This document shows, in pieces, positions 16,485-24,867 of a DNA stretch of 32,000 nucleotides. The notes below the pieces were generated by a model, which saw only the letters and a list, made by a program, of their open reading frames with translations, had not been told where the DNA came from and did no database searches. Positions within the stretch are counted from its first letter, which is position 1. The number at the start of each line of letters is the position of its first letter. The translations under genes were made by a program, and so were the position numbers. The stretch is from Cereibacter sphaeroides 2.4.1 (lineage in GTDB: Bacteria; Pseudomonadota; Alphaproteobacteria; Rhodobacterales; Rhodobacteraceae), in NCBI RefSeq assembly GCF_000012905.2, contig NC_007494.2, positions 420,001 through 452,000 on the forward strand. Direction: 5' to 3'.

Positions 16485-17624
16485 TCAGAGCTTGAGCTTG
16501 CCGGGGAAGTGATGTTCGTAGGCCAGCCCGAGGTCGGCCGCGTTCATCAGCTCGTAATAGCTTACCTGCTCCACCCAGGCGCGCTGGCTGTCGAGGACCT
16601 TCTTGAAGAACTCGTCGGCCTCGAGATCCACGATCAGCTTGTCCCACGCCTCGAGCTGGCCCGAAAGGATATCCTTCGGGGTCCGATGCACCGCGACCCC
16701 GTTTTCGGCCGCGAGCGTCGCGAGATCGGCCGAATACTGGCGCAGCGCCAGCGCCGTGTTCGAGGTCGAGGCCGCCTCCACCGCATATTTCAGGATCGCC
16801 TGCAGATCGGGATCCAGATCCTCGTAGAAATCGCGGTTGAACGTATATTCGAAGCTCTCGGACGCCTGATGGTAGGAGGAGAGATAATAGTTCTTCGCCA
16901 CGTCCTGCGCGCCGAAGCGCATGTCCGACGAGGGGTTGTTGAACTCGAAGGCGTCGATCACGCCCCGCTCCATCGCCGGCACGATCTCGCCGCCGGGCAG
17001 CTGCGCCACCGACATGCCCATCGCCTGCAGCAGGTCGGCCGCCAGCCCCACGGTCCGGTATTTGAAGCCCTGGATGTCGGCGACGCCGTTCACCTCGGTC
17101 TTGAACCAGCCGAAGGGCTGGGCCGGCATCGGGAAGCCGTAGAAGCCCACGATGTTCATTCCGAGAATATCCTGGGTCAGCTCGCGGTAGAGATCCTGAC
17201 CGCCGCCCTGATAGAACCAGCCGAGCATCGTGGTGGCCGAACCGCCGAAGACCGGGCCCGTGCCGAAGAACGAGGCCGCCTTCGACTTGCCGTACCAGTA
17301 GGCCGACACCGAATGCGAAGCGTCGATCACACCGTCATGCACGGCATCCATCACCTGGAAGGCGCCGACCACGGCCCCGGCCGGCAGCAGGTCCACCTTG
17401 ATCCTGCCGCCCGACATCTCCTCGACCCGCGTGACATATTCGCGGGCGAAGTCCATCCAGATGTCCGAGGCAGGCCAGGATGTCTGCATCTTCATCACCA
17501 GCGGCGCTTGGGCCAGAACGGCCGGAGCCGCCAGGACAGACCCCGCCGCCGCACCCCCGGCCAAGGCACCGGTGCGCAGGAACGAGCGGCGCGAATACGC
17601 CGCTTTCTTCTCGAAAGCCGTCAT
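16485..17624 (-). CDS. TRAP transporter substrate-binding protein (DctP-type, COG4663-like) with Tat-type signal peptide
   Basis: The signal is SRRSFLRTGALAGGAAAGSVLAAPAVLAQA, followed by a mature domain typical of TRAP SBPs. ATG 17624 is preceded by GGGAGGA. The track start 17693 adds an implausible leader. Confidence 0.88.
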   Translation of the reverse strand: MTAFEKKAAYSRRSFLRTGALAGGAAAGSVLAAPAVLAQAPLVMKMQTSWPASDIWMDFAREYVTRVEEMSGGRIKVDLLPAGAVVGAFQVMDAVHDGVIDASHSVSAYWYGKSKAASFFGTGPVFGGSATTMLGWFYQGGGQDLYRELTQDILGMNIVGFYGFPMPAQPFGWFKTEVNGVADIQGFKYRTVGLAADLLQAMGMSVAQLPGGEIVPAMERGVIDAFEFNNPSSDMRFGAQDVAKNYYLSSYHQASESFEYTFNRDFYEDLDPDLQAILKYAVEAASTSNTALALRQYSADLATLAAENGVAVHRTPKDILSGQLEAWDKLIVDLEADEFFKKVLDSQRAWVEQVSYYELMNAADLGLAYEHHFPGKLKL

Positions 17625-17801
17625 GTCATTCCTCCCAGTTGGCCGCGCCCTCCCAAGCGCAGCCTGGAAAGTGTTGCCAACAACCGGCCTCATTTCAACA
17701 TTTTCCGGCGCCTCTTGTCGTTTCGGATGAGGTGACGCTACGGAAACGGCGCCGGGCCGCCTCTGCGCCCGCCGGTGAAACCGACCCCTCTCCCTTCCAT
17801 C

Positions 17802-19007
17802 CTACTGGTGGCGCAGCGCCTCGATCGGGTCGAGCCGGGCGGCCCGGCGGGCGGGGAAATAGCCGAAGATCACCCCCACGACCGCCGAAAATCCGAAGGC
17901 CATCAGCACCACCAGCGGATCGGGCGTGAAGGGAATGAGCATGTAGCGCGAGGCGACCAGCGCCAGCGCGAGCCCGAGGGCGATGCCGATCATGCCGCCC
18001 AGCACCGACAGCACCACCGCCTCGACGAGGAACTGCGTCAGCACCTGCCCCGCCGTCGCCCCCACCGCAAGCCGGATGCCGATCTCGCGCGTGCGCTCGG
18101 TGACCGAGACCAGCATGATGTTCATGATCCCGATGCCGCCGACCAGAAGGCTCACCGCCGCGACCGAGGAGAGCAGCCCCGCGAGGACGGTGTTGATCGA
18201 GCTCAGCATCGAGGCGATCTCCTTCATGTCCGTCACTGAGAAGTTTTCCTCGTCGGCAGGCCCGATCCGCCGCCGCTCGCGCAGGAGCGCGCTGATGTCG
18301 CGGATGCCGCGCGTGGCCGAGACGCCGTCCTGAAGCGCCACCGACATGCCCGAGACATCCTGATTGCCCACCAGCCTCCGCTGCACGGTGCGGATGGGCA
18401 TCAGCACCAGATCGTCCTGATCCTGCCCGAACGAGCCCGCGCCCTTGGCCTCGAGCAGCCCCACCACCAGACACGAGATCGACTTGATCCGCACCGTCTG
18501 GCCCAACGGGTCGGCCGCGCCGAACAGCTTCTGGCGCACCGTCTCACCCAGAATGCAGACTGCCGCCCCCTGCCGCTCCTCGGCCTGCGTGAAGACGCGG
18601 CCGCCCGCCAGCACCCAGTTGGCCACGGTGAGATAGGCGGCCGTGGTGCCGGTGATCGAGGTTGTGGCATTGGCATTGCCATAGACCACCGTCTGCGAGG
18701 CCGAGGTGTTGGGCGAGACCGCCCGGATCACCGGCAGCTCCTCGAGCGCCTCCACGTCGCGCAGCGTGAAGGCAGGCGAGGTGTCGCGCGTCCCGGGCCC
18801 CATCATCCGCTTGCCCGGCCGCAGGATCAGCACGTTGGTCCCGAGGCTCGCCACATTGGCCGAAACCTGCGCCGACGAGCCCTGCCCCACCGTCACCATG
18901 GCGATGACCGCCGCCACCCCGATCACCACGCCGAGCACGGTCAGGAACGAGCGCAGCTTGTTCCGCACGATGGCGATGAAGGCGAGGCGGATCGTCTCCC
19001 ACAGCAT
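17802..19007 (-). CDS. ABC transporter permease, MacB/FtsX type
   Basis: The N-terminus is RNKLRSFLTVLGVVIGVAAVIAMV, followed by a large periplasmic domain and a C-terminal FtsX 3-TM bundle ending in ARRAARLDPIEALR. Confidence 0.88.
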   Translation of the reverse strand: MLWETIRLAFIAIVRNKLRSFLTVLGVVIGVAAVIAMVTVGQGSSAQVSANVASLGTNVLILRPGKRMMGPGTRDTSPAFTLRDVEALEELPVIRAVSPNTSASQTVVYGNANATTSITGTTAAYLTVANWVLAGGRVFTQAEERQGAAVCILGETVRQKLFGAADPLGQTVRIKSISCLVVGLLEAKGAGSFGQDQDDLVLMPIRTVQRRLVGNQDVSGMSVALQDGVSATRGIRDISALLRERRRIGPADEENFSVTDMKEIASMLSSINTVLAGLLSSVAAVSLLVGGIGIMNIMLVSVTERTREIGIRLAVGATAGQVLTQFLVEAVVLSVLGGMIGIALGLALALVASRYMLIPFTPDPLVVLMAFGFSAVVGVIFGYFPARRAARLDPIEALRHQ

Positions 19008-19008
19008 C

Positions 19009-19710
19009 TCAGGCCCTCGCCTTCACCGGCTCGTCCCGCGTGAGATGGCCGTCGGTGAAGACGACGAGCCGCCCGGCATAGGCCGCGATATCCTCTTCGT
19101 GGGTGACCATGACGATGGTGATCCCTTCGCGGTTCAGCGCCTGCATCAGCTGCATGATCTCATGCGACCGCTGGCTGTCGAGGTTGCCTGTGGGCTCGTC
19201 GGCAAGGATCACCGCGGGTTCGCCCGCCAGCGCGCGGGCGATGGCCACCCGCTGCTGCTGGCCGCCCGAGAGCTGCGAGGGATCGTGATGCTCGCGCCCG
19301 GCAAGCCCCACCCGCGCCAGCGCCCGCTGCGCCTTCTCGATCCGCTCGGCCCGCGGCAGGCCCTTGTAGATCAGCGGCAGCTCGACATTCTCGAGCGCAG
19401 TGGTGCGGGCCAGGAGGTTGAAGCCCTGAAAGACGAAGCCCAGAAAGTGCCGCCGCAGCAGCGCCCGCCCGTCGCGGTCGAGCCCCGAGACGTCGGTCCC
19501 CTCGAAGAGGTAGCGCCCCGAGGTGGGCCGGTCGAGGCAGCCGATGATGTTCATCGCCGTCGACTTGCCCGACCCCGACGGGCCCATGATCGCCACGAAC
19601 TCGCCGCGCCGGATGGTGAGATCCACCCCGTCGAGCGCGCGCACCTCGGCCTCGCCCTCGCCATAGGACCGGCCGATCCCCTGAAGCGCGATGAGCGGCC
19701 CCTCGGTCAA
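19009..19710 (-). CDS. ABC transporter ATP-binding protein (MacB/LolD-type)
   Basis: It has Walker A GPSGSGKST, the signature LSGGQQQRVAIARAL and Walker B ILADEPTGNLD. Confidence 0.92.
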   Translation of the reverse strand: MTEGPLIALQGIGRSYGEGEAEVRALDGVDLTIRRGEFVAIMGPSGSGKSTAMNIIGCLDRPTSGRYLFEGTDVSGLDRDGRALLRRHFLGFVFQGFNLLARTTALENVELPLIYKGLPRAERIEKAQRALARVGLAGREHHDPSQLSGGQQQRVAIARALAGEPAVILADEPTGNLDSQRSHEIMQLMQALNREGITIVMVTHEEDIAAYAGRLVVFTDGHLTRDEPVKARA

Positions 19711-20963
19711 GCTCCGGCCTCGCGCTGATCGGTGATGACCGGAGCCCCCTCCTCGAGCGCGCCGCCGCGGATCTCGGTCCGCCGCCCGTCGGTCTCGCCG
19801 GTCTCGACCGCCACCCGGTCGGGCTCACCGTCGCGCAGGACCCAGACCGTGGGGCCCGACGTGGCGTCCGCCTCGCTCATCGGCCCGGGGGCGCGGGGCA
19901 TGATGAGCCCGAGCAGCCCGCCCCCGCGGTTGCCGCCGGAACTGCCGGGCTGGGCCACCGCCGGCGGGGCGAAGCGCAGCGCGGCATTCGGCACGAGGAG
20001 CGCGCCCTCCACCTCGGCCACCGTGATCGTCGCGGTCGCGGTCATACCGGGCCGCAGCAGCCGCTCGCCATTGTCCACCGACAGCACCGCCTTGTAGGTC
20101 ACCACGCCGTCGGTCGTCTCGGGCGCGTAGCGCACCTGCACGATCTCGGCCTTGAAGCTCCGCCCCGGATAGGCGTCCACCTTGAAGGAGGCGCGGTTGC
20201 CCACCCGCACCCGGCCGATGTCGGCCTCGTCGATGTCGACGCGCAGCTCCATCCGGGTCAGATCCTCGGCCAGCGTGAACAGCACCGGCGTGTTCAGCGA
20301 GGAGGCCACGATCTGCCCCGCCTCCGCTGCCCGGTCGAGCACGATGCCGCGGATCGGCGAGCGGATCACGGCCTTGGCCAGATCCACCCGCTGCACCTCG
20401 AGATTGGCAGCCGCGAGCGTGCGGTCGGCCTCGGCGATCTTTACCTCGGATTCCGCGCGCTTGTGGGCGGCCTCGGTCGCCACGAGATCGAGATGGGCGG
20501 CCACGCCCCGCTGGTCGAGCGCCGAGCGCGAGCGGTAGTTCTCGGCCGCCTCGAGCGCGGTGGCGCGGGCCTGTTCGAGCCGCCCCTCCGCCGCCTCGAG
20601 CGAGGCCTCGGCATTGGCGACCTGCGCCTTCAGCCGCGTGTCGTCCAGCCGGGCGAGCGGCTGGCCCACCGCGACCTCGTCGTTGTAATCCACCTCCACC
20701 GCGGCGAGCGTGCCCGACAGTTCCGAGGAAACCTCGACCTGCGTCGTGGGCTGCACCGTGCCCGTGGCCATCACCGTCACGACAAGCCCGCCCCGCTCCA
20801 CCGGCTCGGTCACATAGGCAAGCGCGGGCTCCGCCCCCTGCCGCGAGGCCCAGAGGAGGCCCCCGCCCGCAAGCAGCCCCAGCGCCAGCAGGGGCCAGAG
20901 CCAGCGCCGCCCGCGGCGGCGTCGGTCGAGGATGCGGGCGAGATCGTCGCTCCTGTCGGTCAT
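19707..20963 (-). CDS. Efflux transporter periplasmic adaptor subunit (MacA/HlyD family)
   Basis: It has a TM anchor, a coiled-coil hairpin (LKAQVANAEASLEAAEGRLEQARA...) and a beta-barrel domain. ATG 20963 has a GGAGAAGGA RBS; the alternative start is 20984. The stop overlaps the ATPase start. Confidence 0.85.
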   Translation of the reverse strand: MTDRSDDLARILDRRRRGRRWLWPLLALGLLAGGGLLWASRQGAEPALAYVTEPVERGGLVVTVMATGTVQPTTQVEVSSELSGTLAAVEVDYNDEVAVGQPLARLDDTRLKAQVANAEASLEAAEGRLEQARATALEAAENYRSRSALDQRGVAAHLDLVATEAAHKRAESEVKIAEADRTLAAANLEVQRVDLAKAVIRSPIRGIVLDRAAEAGQIVASSLNTPVLFTLAEDLTRMELRVDIDEADIGRVRVGNRASFKVDAYPGRSFKAEIVQVRYAPETTDGVVTYKAVLSVDNGERLLRPGMTATATITVAEVEGALLVPNAALRFAPPAVAQPGSSGGNRGGGLLGLIMPRAPGPMSEADATSGPTVWVLRDGEPDRVAVETGETDGRRTEIRGGALEEGAPVITDQREAGA

Positions 20964-21050
20964 GGGTCCTTCTCCGGCGGCCATCCCTGTCGTGCCCTGC
21001 TTAGGCGAGCCGCCCCGCCAAGGACTTGCGCCAGATCATGCGAACCCGGC

Positions 21051-21494
21051 TCAGCCGCCTGCGCAGAGCGAACAGATCCGCCGCACCGCCAGTTCGTAGC
21101 CCTCGATGCCGAAGCCCGCCAGCACCCCGTCGGCGCGCAGGCTCACATAGGAGTGATGGCGGAAGCTCTCGCGCTTGTGGACGTTCGAGATGTGGCACTC
21201 GATCACCGGCCCCTCGAAGGCATTGAGCGCGTCGAGGATCGCCACCGAGGTGTGCGTATAGGCGGCCGGGTTGATGACGATGCCGCAGGCCGCCTGCCGG
21301 GCCTCGTGGATCTGGTCGACGATGGCGCCTTCGTGGTTCGACTGGAAGAGGCGCACCGAGAAGCCCTTCTCGGCCGCGACCGCCGCACAGCGCCGCTCGA
21401 CATCGGCCAGCGTCTCGTGCCCGTAGATCTCGGGCTGGCGCTGGCCCAGCAGGTTCAGGTTCGGCCCGTTCAGGATGTAGATCGTCGTCGTCAT
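21051..21494 (-). CDS. aroQ: Type II 3-dehydroquinate dehydratase
   Basis: The product has [37 protein letters not shown] and ECHISNVH. The length is 147 aa. Confidence 0.93.
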   Translation of the reverse strand: MTTTIYILNGPNLNLLGQRQPEIYGHETLADVERRCAAVAAEKGFSVRLFQSNHEGAIVDQIHEARQAACGIVINPAAYTHTSVAILDALNAFEGPVIECHISNVHKRESFRHHSYVSLRADGVLAGFGIEGYELAVRRICSLCAGG

Positions 21495-21673
21495 GCGTCC
21501 TCCGCTCTGGCCCTCCGCGCGGGCGGGCCTTCCGCTGATATGCCCCGGGCGGGCGCGCGTTTCCAGCCGCTTGCGTGCGGGCCTCCATCGCGCGCCGTGA
21601 TGATCCCGTTCAGGAAAGGACGTTTGGCAGGATCGGCCGCTGCCCCTACTCTGCCCGCATCAGGAGGTGTCCC

Positions 21674-22558
21674 TTGACCTACGAGCTTGCCATCGGCGAT
21701 CGCGCCTATTCCAGCTGGAGCCTGCGCGGCTGGCTCCTCTTCGATGCCTTCGGGCTTCCCGTCCGCGTGCGGCGCGCCCGGCTCTATACCGACGAGCTGC
21801 CCGCGCTTCTGGCCGATTTCGCCCCCGCCCGCACCGTGCCCGCGATGAAGACGTCGGCCGGAACGGTGGTGGCCGAAAGCCTCGCCATCGCCGAAGAGCT
21901 CGCCTCGCGCCATCCCGAGGCGGGGATCTGGCCCGCCGATCCCGAGCATCGGGCGGTGGCGCGCGCACTCGCGGCCGAGATGCATGCGGGCTTCGGGGCG
22001 CTCCGCAGCCACTGCCCCATGAACCTCCGCGTGAGCTACGAGGGCTGCGACCCGCCCGAGGCCGTGCAGGCCGATCTCGCCCGGCTCGAAAGGATCTGGG
22101 CCGAGGCCCGGGCGCGCTGCAGCACCGAGGGCCCGTGGCTCTGCGGATCCTACAGCGCGGCGGATGTGTTCTTCGCCCCCGTCGCGGCACGCATCGCAGG
22201 CTACGGGCTCGCCGTCAGCCCCGAGGCGCAGGCCTATGTGGCGGCCCATCTCGCCCATCCCTCCTTCCGCCGCTGGCGCGCGATGGGGGCGGTCGATGGC
22301 GCCGATCAGGAGTTCTACGCCCGGCCCTATCCACCAAGACCCTGGCCCGGCCCCGCGCCCCTGCCCGCCCGCGCCGTGGCGGACGGCGTGGCCGAGAACG
22401 ACGCCTGCCCCTATTCGGGCGCGCCGGTGACCGACCTGCTCGAGATCGAGGGGCGAATCTTCGGCTTCTGCAACCCCTTCTGCCGCGACAAGACCGTGGC
22501 CGACCCCGAGGCCTGGCCCGCCTTCACGGCACTGCTGCGTCACCGTGAGGGATCGTGA
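21674..22558 (+). CDS. Glutathione S-transferase family protein with a ~75-aa C-terminal Cys-containing extension
   Basis: The YfcF-like GST N-terminus (YELAIGDRAYSSWSLRGWLL...VPAM...ESLAI) is followed by a helical GST_C domain. The extra tail is ...ENDACPYSGAPV...GRIFGFCNPFCRDK.... TTG 21674 is preceded by AGGAGG at 21662. The track start 21575 is less likely. Confidence 0.75.
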   Translation: MTYELAIGDRAYSSWSLRGWLLFDAFGLPVRVRRARLYTDELPALLADFAPARTVPAMKTSAGTVVAESLAIAEELASRHPEAGIWPADPEHRAVARALAAEMHAGFGALRSHCPMNLRVSYEGCDPPEAVQADLARLERIWAEARARCSTEGPWLCGSYSAADVFFAPVAARIAGYGLAVSPEAQAYVAAHLAHPSFRRWRAMGAVDGADQEFYARPYPPRPWPGPAPLPARAVADGVAENDACPYSGAPVTDLLEIEGRIFGFCNPFCRDKTVADPEAWPAFTALLRHREGS

Positions 22559-22587
22559 GGACCCGTCCTTGACTCACGATCCCTCAC
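22545..22587. promoter_or_regulatory. Perfect 15-bp inverted repeat (13-nt spacer): candidate antitoxin operator and/or GST terminator
   Basis: GTGAGGGATCGTGAG (22545-22559) pairs with CTCACGATCCCTCAC (22573-22587). It overlaps the GST stop codon and ends 35 nt upstream of the antitoxin ATG. Confidence 0.45.
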
Positions 22588-22621
22588 ACCCCATCTTGTC
22601 GTGAGCAGACAGGAGGTCGTC

Positions 22622-23233
22622 ATGCCGGGCGCCATGGATCGCGGACACGAGGATTTCGACGCGCTGCGCGCGACGCTCGCCAAATTCCGGCTCGCGGGGT
22701 TCGAGGGGCGGATCGCACGCGCGGCGGGCGACTATCTGGAAGAGCACGGGCAGGAGATCCTGCCGCCCTCCCGCGCCGAGCCCCTGTCCGGGGCCGAGCG
22801 CGCCGCTCTGCGCGCGGTGGGGGTCGAGCCCGGGGGCGTGGCCGATCCGCAGCCGGCGCTCGATCTGGCCGCCCGCCATGCGGTGCTGGCCGAGACCGCG
22901 CTGCCGCTGGCCGAGGTCGCCGCACGGCTCGGCGTCGATCCGAGCCGCCTGCGCCAGCGGCTGCGCGAGCGCACGATCCTCGGCATCCGCGGTCCCGACG
23001 CGCGCGGCTGGCGCATCCCGGGCTTCCAGCTCACCGCCTCGGGCGAGCTGCCGGGCCTGCGCCGGGTGCTGAAGGCGATCCGGCCCGAGGCCCGGCCGGT
23101 GCAGGTGGCGGCCTTTTTCACCACGCCGCAATCCGACCTCGACGACGGGCGCGGCGCGGGCCTGACCCCTGCGGCCTGGCTCGCGGCAGGCCACGATCCC
23201 GAACCCGTGCGCGAGCTGGCCGCCGCGATCTGA
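22622..23233 (+). CDS. HTH-domain antitoxin partner of a RES toxin (Xre/MbcA/ParS-like C-terminal toxin-binding region)
   Basis: It has an excisionase/MerR-like HTH (LPLAEVAARLGVDPSRLRQRLRERTILGIR...GWRIPGFQL). The C-terminal segment ...LTPAAWLAAGHDPEPVRELAAAI resembles the DUF2384-type end. The AGGAGG RBS favours ATG 22622. The stop overlaps the RES start (TGATG). Confidence 0.65.
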   Translation: MPGAMDRGHEDFDALRATLAKFRLAGFEGRIARAAGDYLEEHGQEILPPSRAEPLSGAERAALRAVGVEPGGVADPQPALDLAARHAVLAETALPLAEVAARLGVDPSRLRQRLRERTILGIRGPDARGWRIPGFQLTASGELPGLRRVLKAIRPEARPVQVAAFFTTPQSDLDDGRGAGLTPAAWLAAGHDPEPVRELAAAI

Positions 23234-23883
23234 TGGCGAAGTTCCCCGAACCGCCGCCTGCCGCGACGCTGGCGGCGCTCGGCCCCGAGATCGCGACCCT
23301 GCCCGCCGGCACGCCGCTCGCGCGGATCTTCTTTCGCGGCGGCGATCATCCCGTGGGCTGGAACGATTTCCGCTTCTGGGGCCCCGGCAGCGGCCGGTTC
23401 GATCCCCACCTGCCCGACGCGCTGGGCGCCCCGCAGGTGCAGGCGCGCGGCATCCTCTATGCGGCCGGGTCCGCCGCGCCGGGCGCGCTCGCCGTCTGCG
23501 CGGCCGAGGTCTTTCAGGAGACGCGGATCATCGACCTCACCGGCCGGTCGCCGTGGTTTGCAGTCTTCGCGCTGGCCCGGCCCCTGACGCTCCTCGATCT
23601 GACCGGCCTCTGGCCCACGCGGGCCGGCGCCTCCGCGGCCATCGCCTCGGGGCCGAAGGCCCGCGCCCGCCGCTGGAGCCGCGCCTTCTACGAGGCTTTT
23701 CCGGCCATCGACGGGCTGCTCTACCCCTCCTCCATGGGCGGCAATGCCCCCGTCATGGCGCTCTACGAGCGGGCGCGCCCGGCGCTGCCCGACAGCCCCG
23801 ACTTCCACCGCGCCCTCGCCGATCCCGCGCTGCGCGTGCCCGTCCTGCGCGCGGCGGGGGTCATCGGCTATCTCGTCGCCTGA
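23233..23883 (+). CDS. RES domain-containing protein (RES-family NAD+-degrading toxin)
   Basis: R/E/S hallmarks are present in order: GSGRFDP, ILYAAGS...CAAEVFQE, and DGLLYPSSMGGNAPVMALYE. The size (216 aa) and the coupling to an upstream HTH gene fit RES-Xre type II TA modules. Confidence 0.8.
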   Translation: MAKFPEPPPAATLAALGPEIATLPAGTPLARIFFRGGDHPVGWNDFRFWGPGSGRFDPHLPDALGAPQVQARGILYAAGSAAPGALAVCAAEVFQETRIIDLTGRSPWFAVFALARPLTLLDLTGLWPTRAGASAAIASGPKARARRWSRAFYEAFPAIDGLLYPSSMGGNAPVMALYERARPALPDSPDFHRALADPALRVPVLRAAGVIGYLVA

Positions 23884-24118
23884 GGGCGCAGAAGGCTCGG
23901 GATCTTCCGGCCCCCTGACGCGGAGTTTGCCTGAGACGAGGCCGCGCGCGGCCCGTCCCGCTGCGGAGGGCCTCTCCAACGCCATGACCTCGCCCTCTCT
24001 CCTCCCGAGCCTGTCCGAAAGTCCTGTGCCCGTGCGTCATGAGGAACCTGCGCACCCGGTCGCCGTTGATGGCCGCATGCCGATTGGCACTTGAAAAAAA
24101 CATCCGAAAGGACTGGAC

Positions 24119-24784
24119 ATGACCCGCAACAGCACGCTCTGGCTCTCCGTGGCAGCCGCGACGCTTCTCGCCGGCGCCGCCTCGGCGCAGGTGCAGGAAG
24201 CCCGCCCGATGACCGATCTCAACCTGCGCTCGGGCCCCGGCTCGAACTACACGATCGTGGGCGTGATCCCCTCGGACGCGCTGGTGATGGTCGAAGGCTG
24301 CGTCGATGCCGCCAAATGGTGCCGCGTGAATCACGAGGGCACCTCGGGCTGGGCTGCCGGCGATTACCTCGCCATGTCGGTCGAGAATACGGCGGTGCCG
24401 ATGGCCTCGGGCGATCCCCGCGTGACCTATGAGTCCGTGACCTACGAGGAAGACCGCGACGGCGGCAGCGTGCTGGCCGGCGGCGCAGCCGGAGCGGCCT
24501 CGGGCGCGGCCATCGCCGGCCCGGCCGGCGCTCTGATCGGCGGCGTGCTCGGCATGGCCGGCGGCGATGCGCTTGATCCGCCGGACACCACCACCGTGAC
24601 CTATGTCCAGCAGAACCCGGTCGAGCCGGTCTGGCTCGAAGGCGAAGTCGTCACCGGGGCGGCGATCCCCGAGACCGTCGTGCTGACGCCGATCCCCGAG
24701 AGCACCTATGCCTACAGCTATGTCAACGGCGTGCCGGTGATCGTCGATCCGAACCAGCGCCAGATCGTGCAGATCGTCCGCTGA
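24119..24784 (+). CDS. Secreted SH3b-domain protein with Gly/Ala-rich linker and DUF1236-like C-terminus
   Basis: The signal peptide is LWLSVAAATLLAGAASAQ. The SH3_3-like segment is LNLRSGPGSNYTIVGVIP...WCRV...GTSGWAAGDYL. The C-terminus reads YAYSYVNGVPVIVDPNQRQIVQIV. Confidence 0.7.
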   Translation: MTRNSTLWLSVAAATLLAGAASAQVQEARPMTDLNLRSGPGSNYTIVGVIPSDALVMVEGCVDAAKWCRVNHEGTSGWAAGDYLAMSVENTAVPMASGDPRVTYESVTYEEDRDGGSVLAGGAAGAASGAAIAGPAGALIGGVLGMAGGDALDPPDTTTVTYVQQNPVEPVWLEGEVVTGAAIPETVVLTPIPESTYAYSYVNGVPVIVDPNQRQIVQIVR

Positions 24785-24867
24785 CCGCAGGCCCTTGCCG
24801 CCGGAGATCCGCGGCAGGGGCGACCAGGCAACCTGTGACGCCGGGCGGACCCTTCCGCCCGGCTTTT

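Noticed and set aside
15807-17735. 642-aa plus-strand ORF across the dctQ/dctP region
   Set aside because: It is antisense to well-supported TRAP genes, and its composition (R/G/H/E-rich, no domains) is typical of a shadow frame.
21491-22548. ORFs 21491..22543 (-) and 21667..22548 (+, off-frame) overlapping the GST gene
   Set aside because: The GST frame has clear family motifs and an AGGAGG-TTG start. The competing frames are Arg/Gly-rich shadows.
22574-23985. Minus-strand ORFs 22574..23194 and 22732..23985 over the TA pair
   Set aside because: They are antisense to the RES gene and its HTH partner, both of which have family hallmarks and translational coupling on the plus strand.
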